Positions 8,761 to 19,077 of a DNA stretch of 60,475 nucleotides are shown here, one piece after another. Where the stretch lies: the IMG/VR virus record IMGVR_UViG_3300025114_000001, positions 1 through 60,475 of that record; one strand, written 5' to 3'. The notes below the pieces were generated by a model that saw only the letters and a list, made by a program, of their open reading frames with translations, did not search any database and was not told the origin of the DNA. Position numbers and translations under genes: made by a program. The stretch is from a virus. Its lineage: Duplodnaviria; Caudoviricetes. Within the stretch, counting starts at the first letter, position 1. The number at the start of each line of letters is the position of its first letter.

Positions 8761-11490
8761 ATGGCAGAGATCACCTTAAATTCGTTTCACCCACAAGCTT
8801 ATCTTATGTATCTGAACTTTTCATCAGCCAAATCCCTTAAGCTTAGTACATTGACACCCGCTAGCAAGACAACAGGTGTGCATCAGCTTAGAGGGTTATA
8901 CCAGCCCGAAGCTGTCATGTCAAAAGTATACAATGCGAAAGACTCAACAGGTAAGAAACTTATAAAAGCACATTTTTTCAACTTAGAAACACATAAGATA
9001 AGTGCATTGGTACCTGAACTTCGATTTTATAAGGCTCAAAATGGTACCCTTGAACCCTTCTTCTTTCCTGTGTCAACTATTGCAGATGAAGCGGCCACAA
9101 CCCTCGGACACAGTAGGACAAAGGGGTCTGGAATTAAATCCTTTAATGTGAAAACTGAGGGTAGTAATCCTTTTGAAGCTCCCAAATTCCTGTCAGCCGA
9201 CCTTGTCCTTTATGTTGACAATTTGGCAAACCTTTTTGACACCCAGCCTGGCTATGCCCCACTTGCAGACCTTTTTACGATTTCAATAGCCAGATCAGCC
9301 CAGAAAAGCTCAGTCGGCGGCGCAACACTAACTTCAGGTGATTTTGTCCGGCCAATTGAAGTCGCAGCAACTTTGGGTTATAGTATACCTGACACCTCCC
9401 TCTTCACGCAGGAAGAAATAAGAGAAATACAGGATTCAAACTTAGATATAAGGATGAATGTGTTCCACCACTCGATTGATATTAACCAGGACGGCTCCGC
9501 GAATATATCTATAAAATACACGGCAAGAATAAACAATACTGGTAGGGACCGTATATTTAGCGCAACCGACCATCCGGTTGACCTCCTGAAGAGGGCAAAT
9601 ATAAAGCAGTTATTTGCACCCCAGAAGAAGAAAATAAATAAGCTATTAAAAAAGAAAAAGATTTCTGCAGCCGAATCTTCCCGACGGAGCCAAGTTGAGA
9701 AGATGGCCGAAATTAGAAAAATATTAGAAATTCTTGAATCTGAAAAAAAGATCTTTTCTTTATATACCGTAGACACAAAACTAGCTCACTTTGCTCAGTT
9801 AGGGATCCCAGATAATGTAAAGGGATTCTCTAATACTGCTCGAGGGGCCGTCGCAGCCTCCGCGGGAATACTATCCGGCTTCGTCCCGCCACCATCGACA
9901 CCAGAAGAGAAATTGCTTGAAAAAGACGCAGAGACTTTCGAAAAAGGGTTAGCGAACCTTGATAACTCGAAAAGAAGAGTATATTATGTGGCTTTTGGAG
10001 ATTTAATTCAAGCTTTCTTTGAGAAAACTAGGATAGCTTTGGATGACGCTAAAAAGATATTGAGTAATGCGTCCAGTTATCTAAACCAGAATCGACCTAG
10101 CTTAGACGAATCTGAAATAAATGAAATTACTGAAATCGCAAAGAAATCTGCAGATGAGAGAACAAAAATAAGAAAAGTTCTCGAAGATGCGATTGGTAAG
10201 CTCAAGACATTTAGAGTGTACCTTCCAGATATTGAATATAAGTATTATAAGATTGATTCCAGCGGGGTTTCGGAAGATATCAAGAGAGTCAACTTGTCGG
10301 ATATCCCAATTTCTCTCGAAACCTATCAGGCTTTTATGTTTGATAAAGTGATGAACTCTCACAGAAATACTTATACGATTCCGCAATTTTTAAATGATTG
10401 TGTAACCGATTTGTTGCCATCTGCTTTTGGGCAAAAGTGGTCCAAAGTTGGTATTGCCCCAAGAGTTATATCTACTGCTCCAAAATTCACAACTGCTACT
10501 TTTTCTGGCCCACAACTGAGGGGATCACTATCTAGAAGTCCTGTAATTGACGCTGAGAAGACACCAAGTCCCCAAAAGAACTTTAGGAGTTCTAATATGG
10601 ACGATGCATGCGATTATTTTATAATATACCAAGAAGTAGATAGAGAGATGTCGAGTGACCGCTCAGGCGCTGAAGATCAAGATTCCAGGGACGGCATATA
10701 TCACTTTGAAATTGGCAAAAATAGAGGTCTAACAAAGAAGATTTCTTTTAAAAGATTTGAGGTCGAAGGCGCCCAAGAACAGCTGATGACAAACCAGGTG
10801 GGCCTTTATGACGAACTTAAACTGCCTTATAGTGCAGATATCAGTATGGTCGGAAATAACTTATTTATTCCAGGAAGCCAGATATATATTAATCCCAGTA
10901 ATATTGGGTTTGGTTCTCCGACAGATCATGAATCACCTGCCTTTAAAATAGGCCTGGGAGGTTATTACACTGTTTTAAAGATTGCAACCTCCTTTAATGA
11001 TGGCATTTTATCGACAGACTTGGAGTGTACTTTTGGATCCCACGCTTCATATACAGTCAATCTATCGGGAGAGAAAATAAAAGAAAAAAGAATAGACTCT
11101 CTAGACTCGCCAGAAGCCAGTAACGACGCTACACCGCAAGAGATCCCGGATTTAGATATCAACAATGTTCTTGTTGCGCAGAGTCACTACTTACAACAAC
11201 TACAACTGCTTAAAAATCCAACAACAGGAGAACAGGTATTGGACGCTCATACAGCGAAACAAATTTCAAATGATTATATTTTACACCAAGATTCTAATCT
11301 TGTCGCCATTCCTGGAGTATTGGGTAAATCAATTAACTCTCAATCTGGCGCCGTAAGATATAATTTAAGTACTGGCCAGTCTGTAGAAATCGACGACGGC
11401 GCCCACGCAGACGAGGCAGTAAAGTTAGTTAAAAGTTCGGTAACCACACTCAGTTCAGCTAATCCAACCTCAGCGAATACAGGCAGCTAG
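8761..11490 (+). CDS. Large baseplate hub-like structural protein
   Basis: Position in the baseplate block; C-terminal YSADISMVGNNLFIPG...GLGGYY resembles the end of gp27/VgrG-like hubs. Confidence 0.55.
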   Translation: MAEITLNSFHPQAYLMYLNFSSAKSLKLSTLTPASKTTGVHQLRGLYQPEAVMSKVYNAKDSTGKKLIKAHFFNLETHKISALVPELRFYKAQNGTLEPFFFPVSTIADEAATTLGHSRTKGSGIKSFNVKTEGSNPFEAPKFLSADLVLYVDNLANLFDTQPGYAPLADLFTISIARSAQKSSVGGATLTSGDFVRPIEVAATLGYSIPDTSLFTQEEIREIQDSNLDIRMNVFHHSIDINQDGSANISIKYTARINNTGRDRIFSATDHPVDLLKRANIKQLFAPQKKKINKLLKKKKISAAESSRRSQVEKMAEIRKILEILESEKKIFSLYTVDTKLAHFAQLGIPDNVKGFSNTARGAVAASAGILSGFVPPPSTPEEKLLEKDAETFEKGLANLDNSKRRVYYVAFGDLIQAFFEKTRIALDDAKKILSNASSYLNQNRPSLDESEINEITEIAKKSADERTKIRKVLEDAIGKLKTFRVYLPDIEYKYYKIDSSGVSEDIKRVNLSDIPISLETYQAFMFDKVMNSHRNTYTIPQFLNDCVTDLLPSAFGQKWSKVGIAPRVISTAPKFTTATFSGPQLRGSLSRSPVIDAEKTPSPQKNFRSSNMDDACDYFIIYQEVDREMSSDRSGAEDQDSRDGIYHFEIGKNRGLTKKISFKRFEVEGAQEQLMTNQVGLYDELKLPYSADISMVGNNLFIPGSQIYINPSNIGFGSPTDHESPAFKIGLGGYYTVLKIATSFNDGILSTDLECTFGSHASYTVNLSGEKIKEKRIDSLDSPEASNDATPQEIPDLDINNVLVAQSHYLQQLQLLKNPTTGEQVLDAHTAKQISNDYILHQDSNLVAIPGVLGKSINSQSGAVRYNLSTGQSVEIDDGAHADEAVKLVKSSVTTLSSANPTSANTGS

Positions 11491-11507
11491 GCTTAGGAGA
11501 GATTATC

Positions 11508-12686
11508 ATGGCTAAAGAAATAAGATTTTTGGGCGGTTCTACTCCGTTTTTAAGGACGGAGTTTGAGGAGCGGCTTAAATATAAAAACCTTATTAATCTC
11601 CCCGGAATGATAGACACATTATATGATCAACGTGCATATGGGCTAATTAACAAGAATTTTGAACCAGTTTATCTTGTTAACGATCAAGAAGTGCTGTCAA
11701 ACTTTCCGAATTTAGCTGATGGAGTATTTTGCTTGAACTTCGTCGCGGCCGCCTTTAAAAACTTTAGAAGAGACTACACCGGACGCATTTCCAATACAAA
11801 CCTAGGTTTTCCGCCTTTCTTAGACCAGGTCATCCCCACTGCTGGTCATGTACCCTTCGAGGAGGCCTATTCTGATTATTCGATTTATACTGGTGTAAAA
11901 TATTCTACTTTTTTGCAGAATGACACAAGAATAAACGATTATAATTGTTACTTGACCGCGATAAAAGAGACTTTCATGCAAAACTTAAAATCTTTTCCTA
12001 TTACGCGCAGCGGCTTTTTGCTTTCAAGGCATAGTAATATAAGAACTTCTGGGTTAGTGTTGGAGTTAGCAAATCTAGATTATAACCGAGACTTGGAAAA
12101 AGGACAAATAATACAAAGTCAAGAATTCCAGTGCTTTATTGACTATGCAAACGTTGCAGGGTTCTATGTTGATAAGTTTAATCCATGGCGCCTCTACGCA
12201 GATCTTAATAGTTCTGCCATGGCTTCACAAATCCGTAGAGCAGCACCCCCTGCAGCCGGAGAATATAATCAAAATAATGACACCGAAAAGGTCCTCAATT
12301 CAATCTACCGCCTCCGGTCTCAAGAGGATGACCTTTACGACTTGCAAGATTTCATAATAAAAACTTACAATGATATAAAGAAAAGGGTTCCATTTTATAC
12401 GAAAACAGTGTATAATAATACTAGCAATACAGCAAACAATAAGAGTATCTTCCGCCCGGACATAAATTTGCTGACAGCAGAAGAGTGGCTTGAAATGCTC
12501 TTAATGGTCCGCCTTCTAGAGCTGGGCAGATATACAGATCCGACTTTTAAGACTCTTAAAGGTTCGGTGTTGCAAAACTACAGAATTTATGGCACGAAAC
12601 AAGCCATTGGCAGAATTGGCCAAATATGTTCACAGATTATAAAAGAGAATTATGAAAAAGGAAATTCAGATACTTCAACCCCTTGA
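11508..12686 (+). CDS. Hypothetical protein (probably structural)
   Basis: 392-aa ORF with AGGAG RBS; GFYVDKFNPWRLYAD motif; no function recognised. Confidence 0.6.
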   Translation: MAKEIRFLGGSTPFLRTEFEERLKYKNLINLPGMIDTLYDQRAYGLINKNFEPVYLVNDQEVLSNFPNLADGVFCLNFVAAAFKNFRRDYTGRISNTNLGFPPFLDQVIPTAGHVPFEEAYSDYSIYTGVKYSTFLQNDTRINDYNCYLTAIKETFMQNLKSFPITRSGFLLSRHSNIRTSGLVLELANLDYNRDLEKGQIIQSQEFQCFIDYANVAGFYVDKFNPWRLYADLNSSAMASQIRRAAPPAAGEYNQNNDTEKVLNSIYRLRSQEDDLYDLQDFIIKTYNDIKKRVPFYTKTVYNNTSNTANNKSIFRPDINLLTAEEWLEMLLMVRLLELGRYTDPTFKTLKGSVLQNYRIYGTKQAIGRIGQICSQIIKENYEKGNSDTSTP

Positions 12687-13791
12687 CGTTGAAAACAATT
12701 GCATCGGAATCCACTATAAAAATAAACTTACATTTGAAGATTTCCAATCGGTCGCAAAAGAAGGCGACATCGCCTGGCAGCACTCTCACATTTTTGAAGA
12801 AGACCAAAAGTATACCTATCTTAATTTATTTATTAAAAACAAGGATTTAACACAATATTCGCAAGACCCTACAGCACTTAACTCATGCCAATCGCTTCTG
12901 GAGTCTCAAAAGCTAGCTGCAATAACGGCGCAGGTTGATTTTTCGGATCTCTGCTTCTTTGAGCTTCTTCCCGATCATTTACTTAAAAAATGGTTTTCCC
13001 TCCGAGAGCTTGCCATGCAAAATATCGCAATGAAAGTGGAGAGGCCACCTGATTACGAGATTCTTCATAGAATTCACGTACTTACGGCAAATGTAGCAAA
13101 GCAGGCCATCATCATCAACGGCCAAGAAGAAAAAATAAAATATGATATCTTCTCCTCCGCTACGGGCCGCTTATCGACCGCAAAAGGTTCATATCCTATA
13201 CTCAGTGTTAGTAAAGAAGAGAGAAGTAATGTGGTACCCCAGAACGATCTTTATTTAGAGATTGACCTTAATGGGGCTGAGATAAGGACACTGCTGGCTT
13301 TCTCAGGGATTGACCAACCACTCGAAGATATTCACATGTGGAATATGAGAGACCTGCCGCCTTGGATCACCCGCAAAGAAGCAAAAGAGGAATTTTTTGC
13401 ATGGCTCTATAATCCTGCATCCGAGAACAAGAATTATGAGAAATTTTATAATAAAAAAGCATACTTAGACCACTTCGACGGCACGTCTGTTACCACCCCT
13501 TTTGGAAGAAAGCTACCAGTCGATGAAAGAAAAGCATTAAATTACTTGCTTCAATCAACAACATCTGATATAGTATTATATAACACATACGAAATTATGA
13601 AGAAGTTGAAGAAAAAGAAAAGCTTCGTAGCTTTCACAATGCATGACTCTGTGGTTCTTGACTTCGCCAGAGAAGACTACGATTTGGTTTCAGAATTAAA
13701 AGATATTTTTGAAAAGAACATGTTCGGCAGGTTCTTATCAAGTGTTAGAATAGGAAAGGATTTCGGCACAATGAAGGAAATAGTAATTTGA
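12652..13791 (+). CDS. Compact family A DNA polymerase domain protein
   Basis: TGRLS, motif A (IDLNGAEIR), motif B (RKEAK...FAWLY), TPFGR, ALNYLLQSTTSD and motif C (MHDS). Confidence 0.85.
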   Translation: MKKEIQILQPLDVENNCIGIHYKNKLTFEDFQSVAKEGDIAWQHSHIFEEDQKYTYLNLFIKNKDLTQYSQDPTALNSCQSLLESQKLAAITAQVDFSDLCFFELLPDHLLKKWFSLRELAMQNIAMKVERPPDYEILHRIHVLTANVAKQAIIINGQEEKIKYDIFSSATGRLSTAKGSYPILSVSKEERSNVVPQNDLYLEIDLNGAEIRTLLAFSGIDQPLEDIHMWNMRDLPPWITRKEAKEEFFAWLYNPASENKNYEKFYNKKAYLDHFDGTSVTTPFGRKLPVDERKALNYLLQSTTSDIVLYNTYEIMKKLKKKKSFVAFTMHDSVVLDFAREDYDLVSELKDIFEKNMFGRFLSSVRIGKDFGTMKEIVI

Positions 13792-14645
13792 AGAATATAT
13801 TGGCTTTAGGTAATGCTGCATGCAATATAGTTAATGCCTTATCCAGATACAACGCCTACAACATTTATAGAATATGCAACGAAGATGCTGATCCAGGTAA
13901 GAACACTTACGTTATACCTGAATTAGCTCACGCAGAGGATTACGAGAACTTAAACATTCTGAGTAAAATTAAATTTCTGAAGAGCATTAAGGAAGAGGTA
14001 ACTTTTTTTGTCTGCGGGGCATCAAGGTCAAGCGCTCTCACCCTTAAGATACTGGAATCCTTACATAAAAAAGGCGTAAAGATAAAGGTGGTATATTTCC
14101 AACCAGAAATCGAATTCTTATCAGAAGAACAAATTCTGCAGGAACGCTTAACCAGAAACGTCTTGCAAGAGTACGCACGATCTGGCGTATTCCAAGACAT
14201 TACGCTGGTCGCGAACAAAGCACTAGAAAATTTTAGTGAATCTCTTAACGTTTTTGATTATTATAAACAAATTAATTCTATTTTTTGCGATTCTTATCAC
14301 ATGACTGAAGTCTTCAAGAACACCAAACCAGTTATGTCAACGTTTTCAAGGATTAAGGAATCGTGCAGAATAAAGTCTCTAGGGATAAGTACTGCGGCCT
14401 GCGAAGATAAATTATTTTCTCCTTTCAGTCAGGAGGTAGAGGTGTTATACTATTTTGGTATTAACGAAGAAAAGCTGAAAACTCAAGGAAACTTCTTCAG
14501 AGAGCTTACAACCAGTGTGAAAGGCAGAATGACCGAAGAAACCAAAGCATATTTTGGTATCTACCCCACGGACTACGAAGATGACTACATTTATGTAGAA
14601 TATTTTTCTCCAAAAATTCAACAAATAACTGTTGACACAGAATAA
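13788..14645 (+). CDS. Divergent tubulin/FtsZ-like protein
   Basis: N-terminal ILALGNAACNIV resembles the T1 loop; the T4 loop is degenerate (VCGASRSS); LVAN...YYKQIN corresponds to the DN/N region. Confidence 0.55.
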   Translation: MKNILALGNAACNIVNALSRYNAYNIYRICNEDADPGKNTYVIPELAHAEDYENLNILSKIKFLKSIKEEVTFFVCGASRSSALTLKILESLHKKGVKIKVVYFQPEIEFLSEEQILQERLTRNVLQEYARSGVFQDITLVANKALENFSESLNVFDYYKQINSIFCDSYHMTEVFKNTKPVMSTFSRIKESCRIKSLGISTAACEDKLFSPFSQEVEVLYYFGINEEKLKTQGNFFRELTTSVKGRMTEETKAYFGIYPTDYEDDYIYVEYFSPKIQQITVDTE

Positions 14646-14660
14646 AAAATATAGTATTAT
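14632..14660 (+). promoter_or_regulatory. Sigma70-type promoter
   Basis: TTGACA-17bp-TATTAT upstream of the SSB gene. Confidence 0.75.
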
Positions 14661-14740
14661 ATAAACAGTTGGTCAGGATATTTGCTGACCTGCTATAGCC
14701 AAACGTGCAAAAAACAACATACCATAGGAGGTAACATAAA

Positions 14741-15496
14741 ATGGCACTTAATTTAGACGCAATGAAAGCGAAGTTAGATAAACTAAACGGAAGGGGAGAT
14801 GGAAAGAACCAGTTCTGGCGACCTGACGACGGTGAGAGCAATATTCGTATTGTTTCTACATCTGATGGTGATCCCTTCAAGGAAAGAAGCTTCCACTACA
14901 ATGTAGGAACATCAGGGTTTCTCTGCCCAAAACGAAACTTCGGAGACGAATGCCCAGTCTGCAACTTTGCAAACAAGTTGTGGAATGAGGGTACAGAGGA
15001 GAGCAAGAAACAAGCAAAGGATCTCTTTGCAAAGCAACGCTTCTTCTCACCAGTTCTTGTCAGGGGAGAGGAAGACCTAGGTATCCGCATCTGGGGATAT
15101 GGGAAGATGGCTTATGAAAAGCTCCTGACCATTGTTCTTGATCCGGATTATGGAGATGTTACGGACCCTGAGAACGGCAACGACCTCAAGCTCATGTATG
15201 GAAAGCTGCCAGGTGCATCCTTCCCTAGAACTGACATTCGTCCACGACCCAGAAAGACCATCCTTTGTGATGACGCTGTTGGTGGAGATGAGCGATGTGC
15301 AGAGTTACTGGAAACTATTCCAGACTTTGACACACTCTTTGACCGTAAGAGCACCGAAGAGGTCCAATCTATTTTGGACCAATTCATGGCTTCCGACGCC
15401 GGAAGCAACGACCTTGAGAAGTATGGCGCCAGCACAAGCGCTGACAAGCCTGCAAGTTCTGTTGAAGCCGCCTTCAACGACCTTCTGAACTCGTAA
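14741..15496 (+). CDS. Single-stranded DNA-binding protein (gp32-like)
   Basis: FWRP, FHY, CP..FGDECPVC zinc site, YGDVTDPENGND and acidic C-terminal tail AFNDLLNS. Confidence 0.85.
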   Translation: MALNLDAMKAKLDKLNGRGDGKNQFWRPDDGESNIRIVSTSDGDPFKERSFHYNVGTSGFLCPKRNFGDECPVCNFANKLWNEGTEESKKQAKDLFAKQRFFSPVLVRGEEDLGIRIWGYGKMAYEKLLTIVLDPDYGDVTDPENGNDLKLMYGKLPGASFPRTDIRPRPRKTILCDDAVGGDERCAELLETIPDFDTLFDRKSTEEVQSILDQFMASDAGSNDLEKYGASTSADKPASSVEAAFNDLLNS

Positions 15497-15508
15497 AGGT
15501 GGTGCACT

Positions 15509-16639
15509 GTGGCTAAATCCAAAGTAACAAAGCTTAAAAAAGGCTCATTAGATATAGCAGCAGTCCGTAGCATTATCAATAAGAAAGCTGGCCGCCAAGT
15601 TGCTCATTCACTACACGATAACAATCCGACAGAAGTGAAAGAGTGGATCCCAACGGGATCCAGGTGGCTGGACTCTATTATTTGTAAGGGGAAGCTTGCT
15701 GGCATACCTGTCGCCAAAATATCTGAAATTGCAGGGTTGGAATCAACCGGCAAATCATTTTTGGCTGCGCAGGTTGCCGGTAATGCTCAAAAGATGGGAA
15801 TTGACGTGGTTTACTTTGATTCAGAGTCAGCCATTGACCCATCCTTCCTTGAACGTGCCGGCTGTGACCTCGACAGGCTTATGTATATCCAAGCAGAATC
15901 TGTAGAGTTTGTCCTCGAAACGATTGAAGAATTGCTCGGGACTGGAAATAAATGGCTGTTCATCTGGGACTCACTAGCCCTAACACCTTCTCTTTCAGAT
16001 GTCGCTGGAGATTTTAACCCTAACGCTGAAGTTGGCAAGAAAGCCAGAATTCTGTCTAAGGGGATGTCAAAACTTGTTGTACCAATTGCGAATGCCGATG
16101 CAACATTGCTGATTCTCAATCAGCTTAAAACTAACATTACGAGATCTCCATCAGAGGCAATGACAACACCTTATATGACCCCTGGCGGCAAGGCCCTTTC
16201 TTATTCTTATTCATTGAGAATATGGCTCACTGGCCGAAAAGCCAAAGCCTCATTCTTGGTGGACGATAATGGATACAGGATAGGGTCAGAAGTCAAGGTC
16301 AAACTTGAGAAATCTAGGTTTGGGTCCGCCGGCCGCACCTGCAACTTTAAGATCCTCTGGGGTGACGATGATATTGGTGTTCAAGACGAAGAAAGTTGGT
16401 TTGATGCAATCCAAGTATCACAGAGACTTTCGCAGTCTGGAGCATGGTTTGCTCTAGCTCAAAATGACGGCACTGAAGTTAAGTTTCAGCGCAAGCAATG
16501 GGCAGAGAAGCTTCAGGACCAAAATTTTAGAGAAAGTGTCTTGACAATCATCGACGAAGATGTTATTATTAAGTTCAAGAATAGAGAAGGTAAAGCTGAC
16601 GATTTCTACGATACGGATGACCCGGTCGAGAAGACTTAG
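15509..16639 (+). CDS. recA: RecA/UvsX recombinase
   Basis: IPTGS..LD, Walker A GLESTGKS, YFDSE, IWDSL, LNQL, TPGGKAL and KSRF. Confidence 0.95.
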   Translation: MAKSKVTKLKKGSLDIAAVRSIINKKAGRQVAHSLHDNNPTEVKEWIPTGSRWLDSIICKGKLAGIPVAKISEIAGLESTGKSFLAAQVAGNAQKMGIDVVYFDSESAIDPSFLERAGCDLDRLMYIQAESVEFVLETIEELLGTGNKWLFIWDSLALTPSLSDVAGDFNPNAEVGKKARILSKGMSKLVVPIANADATLLILNQLKTNITRSPSEAMTTPYMTPGGKALSYSYSLRIWLTGRKAKASFLVDDNGYRIGSEVKVKLEKSRFGSAGRTCNFKILWGDDDIGVQDEESWFDAIQVSQRLSQSGAWFALAQNDGTEVKFQRKQWAEKLQDQNFRESVLTIIDEDVIIKFKNREGKADDFYDTDDPVEKT

Positions 16640-16650
16640 CAGAAAAGCAT

Positions 16651-16680
16651 AAAGCCCGCCTCTTCTGGCGGGCTTTTTTT
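16651..16680 (+). terminator. Rho-independent terminator
   Basis: AAAGCCCGCC-TCTTCT-GGCGGGCTTT followed by a T run. Confidence 0.85.
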
Positions 16681-17658
16681 ATGGAGAAAATAATGAAAAG
16701 AGTAATGATCGTTGACGCATTCAATCAGTTCCTACGGGGATATATCGTCGACCCAAGCAAAAACCCCAATGGCCAGCCAATCGGTGGTATGAGAACGTTC
16801 ATCAATATAATGAACAAGATTACCAGAGAGATCGAACCTGATATGATTGTGGTTGTCTGGGATGGTCAAGGCGGTTCAAAGAAACGTCGAGCCATGAACA
16901 AAAACTATAAAGCTGGCAGAAAGCCTCTTAGGGTTAACTGGTCCTCAGACGAGATGACAGCTCAGGATACAGATAACAATAAGTTGTGGCAACAGCTGAG
17001 AGTAGTGGAATACCTGAACCAGACACCAATAATCCAGTTTATGGAAGCTGAAGTGGAAGCCGATGACGTAATCTCTTATGTTAAGTCTTCCTCGATGTTT
17101 GAAGACTGGCAAAAAGTAATTGTGTCCGCGGACAAGGACTTCATTCAATTATTGGATGATAAGACACTTCTTTTCCGGCCGATACAAAAGGAAGTTTTAA
17201 ATAAGAATTCAGTAATTGAAAAGTTTGGTATTCATCCTAGAAACTTTGCCCTCGCCCGAGCCATGGCCGGAGACCCAAGTGATAACCTGCCAGGCGTCCC
17301 TAGGGTCGGTATGGGTACAATAGCGAAACGCTTTTCATTTCTCAGTGAAGAAAAAGATTACTTTGTATCTGACCTTATTGAGGAGTGTCAAAATTCAGAA
17401 AACCAAAACCTAAAAATCTATACCAACGTTATAGAGTCGGAACAGCTGATAAAGGAGAATTATAATATTATGCAGCTCTCTTCCCCTCAGATATCCCCTC
17501 AGTCTAAAAATAGGATAGATGAAACGTTTGAAGGGTATAAGCCACACTATAACCAAACAGAAGTAAGAAAATTGATGATTCAGGACGGTGTTTTAACTGT
17601 AAACATGCAAGATCTAGAACAGAAATTTAATGATATTATTACTTCCTTTTCTGATTAG
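16681..17658 (+). CDS. 5'-3' exonuclease / flap endonuclease (PolI N-terminal domain or T4 RNase H-like)
   Basis: IVDAFN, VWDG, YKAGR, EADDVI, SADKDFIQL and GDPSDNLPGV. The true start may be ATG at 16693. Confidence 0.92.
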   Translation: MEKIMKRVMIVDAFNQFLRGYIVDPSKNPNGQPIGGMRTFINIMNKITREIEPDMIVVVWDGQGGSKKRRAMNKNYKAGRKPLRVNWSSDEMTAQDTDNNKLWQQLRVVEYLNQTPIIQFMEAEVEADDVISYVKSSSMFEDWQKVIVSADKDFIQLLDDKTLLFRPIQKEVLNKNSVIEKFGIHPRNFALARAMAGDPSDNLPGVPRVGMGTIAKRFSFLSEEKDYFVSDLIEECQNSENQNLKIYTNVIESEQLIKENYNIMQLSSPQISPQSKNRIDETFEGYKPHYNQTEVRKLMIQDGVLTVNMQDLEQKFNDIITSFSD

Positions 17659-17697
17659 AATCTGCTATAATATATATATATTACGTTAGGACACGGT

Positions 17698-19077
17698 ATG
17701 GAAACGGAAGTTAGTTTTTCAAAATTCGGGAAGTCATTCCAAGAGGATTTATGTCATCTTGTATTGAATGACAGGCCATTTGCAGATCAGATGTTTGAGG
17801 TTCTTGACCTCGGCTTCTTAGAATTAAAACATTTAAGAGTTTTTATTAATTGTATTGTAAAATACAGGAAGAAATACGGGGTACACCCCACTTCCAATAT
17901 TATGCACTCCATCATACGCACCGGCCTTGATGGGGAGGCAGAATCAGTAAAGGTTCGAATCCGCGAATATTACGCCCGAGTATTATCTAAGGGTCATATT
18001 CCTAAATCATCGGAATACATCAAAGATACTGCTTTAGACTTTTGTAAGAAACAAAAACTGAAAGAAGCACTGATTAAGTCTGTTGACCTGATTAAGTCTT
18101 CTTCTTTCGATGAAGTTTCCAAAGTTATAGACACAGCACTCAAGCTGGGTTCTGACAATTCTTTTGGATATGATTACCTTGCTGATTTTGAAGAACGTTT
18201 TCAGCTTAAAGCCCGTAACCCAGTTTCCACTGGCTGGACACTAATCGACGAAGTCGCCAAGGGAGGCCTAGGCAAAGGCGAATTAGGGGTTGTGGTGGCA
18301 CCTACTGGTGCGGGCAAGTCCATGGTGCTGGTACACTTAGGTGCCCAGGCCTTATTGCAGGGAAAGAACGTTCTACACTATACATTAGAACTTGGAGATA
18401 CTATTGTCGCGTCAAGATACGATTCCTGCATCACCGGAGTAGAATTGCGCAACCTGACAGTCTTTAAAGAAAAAATATATGATGAAATAAAAGATTTAAA
18501 GGGGAAGTTAATAGTAAAAGAATACCCAACAAGATCCGCTTCAATTCAGACAATCAAGAATCATATTGATAAGTTACGGAGGAGGGACTTTGTACCAGAT
18601 ATGATTATTTTGGATTACGGCGATCTGATCAAGCCAGAATCGTCAAAAAGAGACGAGAAAAGGCACCAATTGGAAACTATTTATGAAGAGCTTAGGGGCC
18701 TAGCCCAAGAGTCAAGATGTCCGGTCTGGACCGCCTCGCAAACAAACAGATCCGGACTGAATGCAGAAGTTATAACAATGGAGTCAATTTCAGAGGCTTT
18801 CAACAAATGTTTTGTAGCAGATCTTATCTTTACAGTTTCTCGGACAATAGAAGATAAAAGCACCAACACTGGCCGTATCTTTCTGGCAAAGAATCGAAAC
18901 GGCCCTGATGGATTAGTATTTCCTATTTTCATGGATACTAGTAATGTAAATATAAAAGTTCTAAGCCAAACAAACGAGTCGATCAGTGATATAATGGAGA
19001 AATCTTCAAAGGAACGATTGGATAATCTTAAACAAAAGTACGCATCATTTAAAAAGGAACAAAAGGGAGAAAAATAA
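17698..19077 (+). CDS. dnaB: Replicative DNA helicase (DnaB/gp41 family)
   Basis: Walker A APTGAGKS, YTLEL, ILDYGDL, WTASQTNR and KNRNG. Confidence 0.92.
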   Translation: METEVSFSKFGKSFQEDLCHLVLNDRPFADQMFEVLDLGFLELKHLRVFINCIVKYRKKYGVHPTSNIMHSIIRTGLDGEAESVKVRIREYYARVLSKGHIPKSSEYIKDTALDFCKKQKLKEALIKSVDLIKSSSFDEVSKVIDTALKLGSDNSFGYDYLADFEERFQLKARNPVSTGWTLIDEVAKGGLGKGELGVVVAPTGAGKSMVLVHLGAQALLQGKNVLHYTLELGDTIVASRYDSCITGVELRNLTVFKEKIYDEIKDLKGKLIVKEYPTRSASIQTIKNHIDKLRRRDFVPDMIILDYGDLIKPESSKRDEKRHQLETIYEELRGLAQESRCPVWTASQTNRSGLNAEVITMESISEAFNKCFVADLIFTVSRTIEDKSTNTGRIFLAKNRNGPDGLVFPIFMDTSNVNIKVLSQTNESISDIMEKSSKERLDNLKQKYASFKKEQKGEK

